Source of the DNA: an uncultured Bacilli bacterium
GTDB taxonomy: Bacteria > Bacillota_I > Bacilli_A > RF39 > UBA660
Assembly: GCA_947588685.1 (NCBI GenBank)
Contig: CANPYM010000005.1
Location: forward strand, 298 to 64,297
Direction: 5' to 3'
Length of the DNA stretch: 64,000 bases
Below are positions 19,615 through 26,541 of this stretch, in pieces. The notes beneath the pieces are model-generated. The model was not told the origin of the DNA, did not search any database, and worked only from the letters and a program-made list of their open reading frames with translations. A program made the translations under genes and the position numbers. How positions within the stretch are numbered: the stretch's first letter is position 1; every line of letters starts with the position of its first letter.

Positions 19615-20446
19615 TACATCATCCCTTTGGATAAATTCTCTTGCCTTAAGATACCCACTCGATAAAATTCAAAAAATCGGTCGGTTATATTTTTATTTAG
19701 AAAATAACCTTTTAAAATGCCAACACTTTTTTTCCTTTGATATCAATGATGGTGAGTTAGACGAACTAAAAAAACAAATATCCCTTCACCGAAAAATTAG
19801 ATTTAATTATCTTGATGATTCGTCCTTACTTCTAAAATTACAAAAATGGGCTTGTGAAAATCATTTTGTTTATGAAGTTATTGATAGTTGGGAAGCTCCA
19901 AAATTATATTTAAATGATAGTATCAGTGCTTATTTAAAAAATAATAGTAATTCTCAAATAAAAAGAAATTATCAATATTATTTGAAAAATAGAGATCAGT
20001 ATCATTTTTATAATTCGGATGATACTGAGGCTTTAAAGTTATGGAATTATGTCCTTGATATTGATTTTAAATCATGGAAATATCAAGAACATTCTGATAT
20101 GAAAAGCTTAAATCGTGAAGATTTACAATATTTACCATATCTACTAATAAATAAAAAAAATAGCAGTCTAATTGTTATGTGTGATAAAAACGATGTAGCT
20201 CTAGCATATTCTTTAATGTTTAAAAGTGAAGATGACCTTTGGTATGCTGTAAAATGGGGCGCATCAACATTAGGTAGAAAAAATTATGCGGGTATTTTAT
20301 GCTTATTTCAACATTTAGAATATTTAGAACAAAAAGATGGATATATTAATTTGGACTTTTGGGGTCGAAGAAGTCAAGTATATGATTATTTAAAAAATGG
20401 AAGTATCATTAGAAAACATATCCTTATTTATCAAAAGGAGGAGTAG
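19604..20446 (+). CDS. FemAB-like / GNAT (Acetyltransf_6-type) acyl- or aminoacyl-transferase
   Basis: SQIKRNYQYYLKN and C-terminal LDFWGRR..VYDYLKNG resemble BioF2-like/FemAB-like GNAT domains. Overlaps the upstream gene by 11 nt. Confidence 0.5.
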   Translation: MNFSTSSLWINSLALRYPLDKIQKIGRLYFYLENNLLKCQHFFSFDINDGELDELKKQISLHRKIRFNYLDDSSLLLKLQKWACENHFVYEVIDSWEAPKLYLNDSISAYLKNNSNSQIKRNYQYYLKNRDQYHFYNSDDTEALKLWNYVLDIDFKSWKYQEHSDMKSLNREDLQYLPYLLINKKNSSLIVMCDKNDVALAYSLMFKSEDDLWYAVKWGASTLGRKNYAGILCLFQHLEYLEQKDGYINLDFWGRRSQVYDYLKNGSIIRKHILIYQKEE

Positions 20447-20447
20447 A

Positions 20448-21410
20448 ATGCATATTAGTTTAGGTTGCATTGATGAAATACCTAATTTTAATGAACAAGT
20501 TGATAATAGTTTTAATGGAACTTGCTTTGCTTATGATTGGTTTTTAAAATTAAAAAAAAGCAATCAAATTTTAAAAATCTATGATGAAAAAAATATTTTA
20601 CAAGGATTTATGCCTCTTTTCATAAGTGAAGAAAAGGATAAGATTAATCAAAGTACAATGTATATTCCATATGGTGGGCCAGTCATTTTTAAATTACCAA
20701 GTGAAGAGCGTCATAAAATTAGATATTTAAGAGCGCTTGAAAAAGCTTTGTGTCAGTATCTTCAAGCTAATTATGATGAAGTTAATTTTTCAACTGATAA
20801 TAGTATTATAGATATTATGCCTTTTATTCGGATGGGTTTTACTCCGGAAGTTAGGTATACCTATAAGTTAGATTTATCCCGTGGCCTTAAAAACATTTAT
20901 AACGGCTTTGGTCATGACCGTAAAAAAGACATTCGTAAAGCTCTTAAGAGAAATGTGGAATTTATTCCTGATCAAACGATGCAATATTTTGATGTATCTA
21001 AGGCTATGAAATGGGAAAAAAATTATGGTCCAACCTCATCGGTAGATTTTGTTACTGATTATATTCATGCGACTATTAAAAACAATCGAGGTATGTGCTT
21101 TGTTGCGAAAGAAAATGGTGAAGTTATTGGCGGCGTTCATATCGCTTGGGATAAGAAAGTTGCTTATATTTTATATTCTTATTATGAAAGACAAAAGGAT
21201 GATATTGCCATTGCTTATATATACTATAAAATGTTTGAATATTTAATTGATAACAATATTGTAGGTTATGTTGATTTTGAAGGATCTGTCTTTGAAGAGA
21301 TTGAAGATTGGAATATTTCTTTTGGAGCTTACCAAAGTAGATTTTATAATCTTCATTGGAATCATCAAAATGAACCATATTTAAATCTTTATGATTATGG
21401 AGGAAAGTAA
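20448..21410 (+). CDS. FemAB-like / GNAT (Acetyltransf_6-type) acyl- or aminoacyl-transferase, second copy
   Basis: Start reassigned to ATG 20448 (RBS aaggagg, 1 nt after the upstream stop). GHDRKKDIRKALKRNVEF and YVDFEGS....IEDWNISFGA resemble the FemAB-like fold. Confidence 0.5.
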   Translation: MHISLGCIDEIPNFNEQVDNSFNGTCFAYDWFLKLKKSNQILKIYDEKNILQGFMPLFISEEKDKINQSTMYIPYGGPVIFKLPSEERHKIRYLRALEKALCQYLQANYDEVNFSTDNSIIDIMPFIRMGFTPEVRYTYKLDLSRGLKNIYNGFGHDRKKDIRKALKRNVEFIPDQTMQYFDVSKAMKWEKNYGPTSSVDFVTDYIHATIKNNRGMCFVAKENGEVIGGVHIAWDKKVAYILYSYYERQKDDIAIAYIYYKMFEYLIDNNIVGYVDFEGSVFEEIEDWNISFGAYQSRFYNLHWNHQNEPYLNLYDYGGK

Positions 21411-21411
21411 T

Positions 21412-22143
21412 ATGAAAATGTCACGCCAAAAAATATTAGCGTTAATGTATGATTTTTATAATGAAAATACTTTAAAGGGTCAAAATGACGATATTCCGTA
21501 TTATATTGAACAAATAAAAAAATATAACGCTAAAAAAATATTAGTTGTTGGAGCAGGTACCGGTCGGGTTGCTATTCCACTAGCTAATTATGCTGAAGTT
21601 ACGGCTTTAGACTTTGATTCGTCAAGATTAGAAATATTGCTAGAAAGGAATCCTCAAATAAAAACCATTAATGCTAATTTTCTAGAATTTGAAACTAGTG
21701 AGCATTATGATTTAATTATTATTCCTTATAGTACATTACAATTTGCTAATGATACATCTAACCCTAATCGATTTTTAGAACATCTAAGAAAAGCTATGGA
21801 CACCGATTCGTTAGCTATATTTGATGTATCAGAAAGCTTTAATACTAAGCCAAATTGTGATAGGAAGTTACTATTTACAAATTATTGTGAAACGGTTGAC
21901 GATGATGTAAGTGTCTACTATTCGTCTAAAAGATATGATGAGTATATTGCTTTTGTGATTGAGTATCAATTACAAAAACATAAGAAAACATTTTTAGAAA
22001 AAGAAAAATATTATTATTATGATCCAAAATTGTTGACAAAATTAATTGGTGAGAATGCTTTAGAACTTATTAAAATTGACAATGGCTATGGCAAGCCAGG
22101 CTTTAATCATAAACACTTATATCACTGTAGGAGGAAGTTATGA
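21412..22143 (+). CDS. class I SAM-dependent methyltransferase
   Basis: Motif I ILVVGAGTGRVAIPLA, acidic post-I LDFD, and DLIIIPYSTLQF. Start at ATG 21412 behind RBS ggagga. Confidence 0.8.
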   Translation: MKMSRQKILALMYDFYNENTLKGQNDDIPYYIEQIKKYNAKKILVVGAGTGRVAIPLANYAEVTALDFDSSRLEILLERNPQIKTINANFLEFETSEHYDLIIIPYSTLQFANDTSNPNRFLEHLRKAMDTDSLAIFDVSESFNTKPNCDRKLLFTNYCETVDDDVSVYYSSKRYDEYIAFVIEYQLQKHKKTFLEKEKYYYYDPKLLTKLIGENALELIKIDNGYGKPGFNHKHLYHCRRKL

Positions 22144-23021
22144 AAGAGTTTGATGGTCAATATGTAACTATAATGTCGTGTTCAGACTGTAATACGAAAT
22201 GTAAACATTGCTACGTATCATATAAAGGTAATTTTAGTGGTCAAAAGTTATATGATTTAGCTTCAAAACTTAAAGATAAATATGAACTTAACATTAACGG
22301 TACTGAGGTTTTGTTGCATGAAGATTTCTTTGATACATATAATTTAATTGGCCAAAGACGTCTTTTGTCTAATGGGATTATCATTCATACGAATCCAAGT
22401 ATAATTGATAAGATTAAAAAGAGTAGTATTGAGATGGTAGCGATGTCGTATCACTTTGTTATTCAAAATGACATTTCTAGTGTTTCTAATAAATTGTTAG
22501 AAGATAATATTAAAGTGTTGACGAATGAAGGTATCAAAGTTGAACTTATGTGTACTGTTACCAAAGATAACTATGATAAAATAATTCAAATATGTGATGC
22601 CGTTCATCATTTAGGTGTTAAAAAAGTTCGTTTTATCAACTATTTAAAAACTGGTAATGCGACTAAACTAAGTGATAGTAATGTTCTAACTGATGAACAA
22701 AAGAAGATTTTTTTTGAACAGTTAAATATTGCTCGTGAAAAGTATGATAAAGATGAATTACTTATTAAGAGGTGTGGTAGCTTTGGATATGATCATCAAC
22801 ATAAGTGTCATTTTAATTGCCCAGCAGGGATTAATAAGGTTGTTATTGCGCCCGATTTATATGTCTATCCTTGTATTTATATGGTTAAGCCAGAATATCG
22901 AATTGGTTATGTCCGGGATGGTAAAGTATATCTTGATAAACAGATTGTTCATCATCAGGACCGTTGTTTAGCTAGTGATTGTTATAATAAGAATGTGAAA
23001 GTTGTAATGCAAGATATATGA
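22140..23021 (+). CDS. radical SAM enzyme with twitch/SPASM-like C-terminal Cys motif (second copy)
   Basis: CNTKCKHC (CxxxCxxC) at residues 17-24. C-terminal CHFNCPAGINKVVIAPDLYVYPC and CLASDC. Shares the YVYPC block with the 16275 gene. ATGA overlap upstream. Confidence 0.8.
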   Translation: MKEFDGQYVTIMSCSDCNTKCKHCYVSYKGNFSGQKLYDLASKLKDKYELNINGTEVLLHEDFFDTYNLIGQRRLLSNGIIIHTNPSIIDKIKKSSIEMVAMSYHFVIQNDISSVSNKLLEDNIKVLTNEGIKVELMCTVTKDNYDKIIQICDAVHHLGVKKVRFINYLKTGNATKLSDSNVLTDEQKKIFFEQLNIAREKYDKDELLIKRCGSFGYDHQHKCHFNCPAGINKVVIAPDLYVYPCIYMVKPEYRIGYVRDGKVYLDKQIVHHQDRCLASDCYNKNVKVVMQDI

Positions 23022-23998
23022 GAGAAGAAAACTTAAAGTTAGCCTCAAAATTAGCTTCAAAGTTTAATAAGAAATATGGGGTGATAACTTATTCCGGTAC
23101 ACTAGCTATTGAACTTGCTTTAATCAGCTTGAATTTGAGAAAGAAAGCTAAAGTTTTGGTTATGTCCGAAACTTGCTATTCCATCATTAATACCATTTTA
23201 AAATTAGATTTAATCCCGGTTATTTTAGAAACTGAAAATAAATTATATTTGACCGATGAGGATGTATTGGACGTTTTAGAACATCAACAAATTGACTGTT
23301 TATTTTTAGTTCATCAATATGGCATCATAAATAAGATTAATACGAAAGAATACCAAGATAGGGGAATTAAAATTATTGAAGATATGGCCCAAGTTTGGGA
23401 TATCAATAATGATTATTATCAATGTGGACAATATAGCGATATTGTAACAACTTCTTTTGGTAAAACTAAACCATTAAGTTATGGTATTGGTGGGGGATTA
23501 TTTTTTAATGATAAAGATCTTTTAAAAAATGTTGATTATAGCGATAATGAAAGCCGTGAAAATAATGCTATTTTACTATCCTATACCTATCCATTATGCG
23601 AAAATATTAATTATGATAATCTAGTAGAACTTGGTAAACAAAACACCCATATTCAAAGATCTAATGCCCTTAAATATTATAAATTATTTCAAAAATATCA
23701 TTTCATCAACTGTCTTCCATATGGTGAAGATGTGAAAAATACTTGGCATCGTTTTCCTATTTGGATTGATGATAAAAAGATATATGATAAGTTTGTCGAA
23801 GAAGCCACTAAACATAATTTGGCCTTTCAACTATTTCATGATATTGACTTGTTTTCTTTAAAACGAAATCAAAATGCTATTCAAATTCATCGTAATCGTC
23901 ATAAAACTAATTATATATTACTAAGAACACGTAATATTGATATAGATAAACAATTAGCTATTTTAAATACAATAATTGAAATAGTGCTTAATGCTTAA
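23018..23998 (+). CDS. divergent, short DegT-like PLP-dependent enzyme
   Basis: YSGTLAIELALISL, IIEDMAQVW, and TTSFGKTKPLSYGIGGG (Lys in the SFGKTK context) parallel DegT blocks. Only 326 aa. ATGA overlap upstream. Confidence 0.6.
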   Translation: MREENLKLASKLASKFNKKYGVITYSGTLAIELALISLNLRKKAKVLVMSETCYSIINTILKLDLIPVILETENKLYLTDEDVLDVLEHQQIDCLFLVHQYGIINKINTKEYQDRGIKIIEDMAQVWDINNDYYQCGQYSDIVTTSFGKTKPLSYGIGGGLFFNDKDLLKNVDYSDNESRENNAILLSYTYPLCENINYDNLVELGKQNTHIQRSNALKYYKLFQKYHFINCLPYGEDVKNTWHRFPIWIDDKKIYDKFVEEATKHNLAFQLFHDIDLFSLKRNQNAIQIHRNRHKTNYILLRTRNIDIDKQLAILNTIIEIVLNA

Positions 23999-24003
23999 TT
24001 TTA

Positions 24004-24012
24004 TGTTATAAT
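24004..24012 (+). promoter_or_regulatory. extended -10 promoter (TGtTATAAT) upstream of the ABC-F gene
   Basis: TG at 24004-05 and TATAAT at 24007-12, only 5 nt after the stop of the preceding operon. No hairpin/T-run lies between them. Confidence 0.5.
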
Positions 24013-24047
24013 GTAGGTGGTTTTACCTTTGGAAAGAGGTGATTATA

Positions 24048-25703
24048 ATGATCGAAGTAAGTGTTAATAATGCCGAGAAGAGTTTCGGCTTTAAAAAAGT
24101 TTTAGATGGCTTTAGTTTAGAAGCTATGACTGGTGAACGGATTGCCTTAATTGGACCAAATGGTTGTGGCAAAACGACGCTATTTAAAATCATTGCTGGT
24201 GAAGAAAACTTAGATAAGGGAAACGTTTCGATAAGACGTGAGGCTAGAGTTGGTAAGTTGTCACAAATGCCACCTACTGTTAGCGATGATGTCACAGTTA
24301 GAGATGTTTTATTAAAAGAGTTTAAAGAATTGTTTGAGATTGAAAAAAGGTTACAAGCTTATGAAGAAGAACTTGCTTCAACCTCACCAGAAAAAATGAA
24401 TGCCATTCTTAATGCTTACGGAAAATTACAAGAACGTTTTTCTAATATGGGTGGCTATGAAATAGATGAAAAAGTAAGTAAAATTTGTACAGGTTTTAAA
24501 ATATCTGGGGAAATGTTAAATCGAACTTTCAATACTTTATCAGGAGGCGAAAAGACAATTGTCAGTTTAGCTTCTTTAATTATCAGTAATCCCGATGTTT
24601 TACTATTAGATGAACCAACTAACCATTTGGATATTGATACATTAGAATGGTTTGAACAATTTTTAACTAATTATAAAGGAACAATAATTATTAGTTCGCA
24701 CGATCGTTATTTTTTAGATAGAGTTGTTACAAAAACTGTTCTCATTGACCATGGTAAGGCTGATGTTTATCACGGCAATTATTCTTATTTTTTAGAAGAG
24801 AGCGATCGCCGAGCTTTAGCGGAATTTGATGAATATAAAAATCAACAAAAGCAAATTGAAGCTATGAAAGCCGCTGTAAAAAAATTAAGAGAGTGGGGCG
24901 AAAGAGGCGATAATCCTAGATTCTTTCGTCGGGCTGCTTGTATTGAACGTAAGTTAGAAAAAATGCAAGTCTTAGAACGTCCTGAGGCCAAGAAACAGTT
25001 ACCACTAGATTTTGAGATTGATGGACGCTCTGGTAAAGATGTTTTAGTTGTTCAAAATTTAGGAATTATTATTGACGATAAAATTATTTTAGATAATGCT
25101 GATCTATATTTAAGATATGGTGAAAAAGTATGCTTAATGGGTAAAAATGGTACCGGTAAGTCAACTTTTGTTCAAGCTGTTTTATTTGGTGACCATGTAT
25201 GTGGTGGGACCATCAAAATTGGAAGTAATGTCCAAATCGGTTATATCCCACAAGAGATTGTTTTTGATGATGAAAGAGCTACTATCCTCGATGTCGCTAG
25301 AAGTGTTTATGAAGGAACTGAAACCCATCTTCGAGCTTCTTTAGCTAAATTCCTTTTCTATGGTGAGAATGTTTTCAAAAGAGTTGGCAAATTATCCGGT
25401 GGTGAAAAGGTACGACTAAAATTGTTTGAGTTAATTCAAAAACGAGCTAACTTATTAATTTTAGATGAACCAACTAACCATATTGATATTGATACTAAAG
25501 AGATGTTAGAAGAGGCTCTTAGTGAATATCAAGGAACATTATTTTTTATTTCTCATGACCGCTATTTTATTAATAAATTAGCTGAAAGAGTTGTTAACAT
25601 TGAAGACCAAGGTTTCCATGAATATTTAGGAAATTATGATTATTATAAAAAACAAAAAACGAAAACTTTAGTAGCTTCATCTCCAACGCCCAAAAGAAAG
25701 TAG
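24048..25703 (+). CDS. ABC-F family ATPase (two NBDs, no TM domain); translation factor or ribosome-protection type
   Basis: Walker A GPNGCGKTT and GKNGTGKST. Signatures LSGGEKT and LSGGEKV. Walker B LLLDEPTNHLD and LILDEPTNHID. Charged inter-NBD linker (QQKQIEAMKAAVKKLREWGERG...). Start moved to ATG 24048. Confidence 0.88.
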   Translation: MIEVSVNNAEKSFGFKKVLDGFSLEAMTGERIALIGPNGCGKTTLFKIIAGEENLDKGNVSIRREARVGKLSQMPPTVSDDVTVRDVLLKEFKELFEIEKRLQAYEEELASTSPEKMNAILNAYGKLQERFSNMGGYEIDEKVSKICTGFKISGEMLNRTFNTLSGGEKTIVSLASLIISNPDVLLLDEPTNHLDIDTLEWFEQFLTNYKGTIIISSHDRYFLDRVVTKTVLIDHGKADVYHGNYSYFLEESDRRALAEFDEYKNQQKQIEAMKAAVKKLREWGERGDNPRFFRRAACIERKLEKMQVLERPEAKKQLPLDFEIDGRSGKDVLVVQNLGIIIDDKIILDNADLYLRYGEKVCLMGKNGTGKSTFVQAVLFGDHVCGGTIKIGSNVQIGYIPQEIVFDDERATILDVARSVYEGTETHLRASLAKFLFYGENVFKRVGKLSGGEKVRLKLFELIQKRANLLILDEPTNHIDIDTKEMLEEALSEYQGTLFFISHDRYFINKLAERVVNIEDQGFHEYLGNYDYYKKQKTKTLVASSPTPKRK

Positions 25704-25711
25704 GAAATGAT

Positions 25712-26488
25712 ATGAAATTCAATTATGATTTAACAACTAACGTATCTTCCTTTTTAGATAATAGTGCATTAGAAGAAATCGGGATTGGTTGTTCTTCTTC
25801 ACAGGTTATTAAGATTACAAAAGATACGGATGAATATTATTTGAAAATGGCTAAAAAAGGATTGCTTACTAAAGAGTATGAAAAATTAAAATGGCTTGCT
25901 GGCAAATTAGATGTTCCCCAAGTTATTTTATATGAAACAAGTGAAGATGCTGAATTTTTAATAACAAAAGCGATACCAGGACAAATGGTATGTGATGATT
26001 ATTTTCTTAAGAATCCTGAATTAGGTCTTAAAGTTATTGCTGAAGCTTTTAAGAAAATCTATAGCGTTGATATAAAAGATTGCCCTTTTGATACATCGAT
26101 TGATTATAAATTAGCGTTAGTTAATGATAATGTTAGAAAGGGCCTTATTAAGGAAGAAAATATCAAGAAAGAAGTCTTAGAAAAATATGGTAGTATCGAT
26201 AACATTTTAAGTTATTTAAATATTAATAAGTTTTATGAACCATTATGTTTTTCGCATGGCGATACAAGTCTACCTAATATTTTTGCTTTAAATAATCATT
26301 TTAGTGGCTTTATTGATGTTGGTGAATGTGGCATAGCTGATAAATGGTTTGATCTTGCTATTTGTGAAAAATCTATTAGAAGAAACTATGGCGATGAATA
26401 TGTTAAAGCCTTTTGTCAAGAATTAGGTATTACTCCTGATCAAGATAAGATTGATTATTATCTATTAATGATGGAATTATATTTATAA
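25712..26488 (+). CDS. aminoglycoside 3'-phosphotransferase-like kinase (APH(3') family)
   Basis: Collinear resemblance to APH(3')-IIIa: YYLKM, W.L.GKL.VP.V, CPF (DI.DCP), FSHGD...NIF catalytic loop, SGFIDVG..GIADKW.DLA.C..SI, KI.YY.L..EL at the C-terminus. Confidence 0.85.
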   Translation: MKFNYDLTTNVSSFLDNSALEEIGIGCSSSQVIKITKDTDEYYLKMAKKGLLTKEYEKLKWLAGKLDVPQVILYETSEDAEFLITKAIPGQMVCDDYFLKNPELGLKVIAEAFKKIYSVDIKDCPFDTSIDYKLALVNDNVRKGLIKEENIKKEVLEKYGSIDNILSYLNINKFYEPLCFSHGDTSLPNIFALNNHFSGFIDVGECGIADKWFDLAICEKSIRRNYGDEYVKAFCQELGITPDQDKIDYYLLMMELYL

Positions 26489-26511
26489 AGTACCATTAGG
26501 TACTTTTTTTT
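26487..26511 (+). terminator. strong intrinsic terminator closing the accessory block
   Basis: aaagtacc-atta-ggtacttt hairpin followed by T8. It is the first convincing terminator after 14816. Confidence 0.8.
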
Positions 26512-26541
26512 ATTTATGCTATAATGAAGATGGAGGAGAAT

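Noticed and set aside
16275-23021. Radical SAM genes as RiPP maturases or prokaryotic viperins.
   Set aside because: No small precursor-peptide ORF, peptidase or RiPP recognition element is nearby. The operon context (GT, aminotransferases, MT) fits small-molecule tailoring better. The viperin-like CNYKCGFC context and the C-terminal viperin motifs are not evident. Neither option is fully excluded without HMM searches.
25712-26488. APH(3') as an acquired clinical resistance cassette (aphA-3 type).
   Set aside because: The sequence is clearly divergent from APH(3')-IIIa as I remember it, sharing only motif-level similarity. There are no flanking IS or transposon remnants, so it looks chromosomal.
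13474-26511. Integrative mobile element at ssrA.
   Set aside because: No integrase, recombinase, excisionase, transposase or duplicated att (tmRNA 3' end) was visible anywhere in the window. It is kept only as a low-interest context note.
26524-26541. N-terminal extensions given in the ORF track (26524, 29906, 31451, 47250, 55989, 60704, 42718, 20397, 21391, 24039, 2057, 4530, 12416).
   Set aside because: The upstream start codons lie inside -10 boxes, terminator T-runs or the preceding gene. A downstream ATG with a proper GGAGG-like RBS is available in each case.
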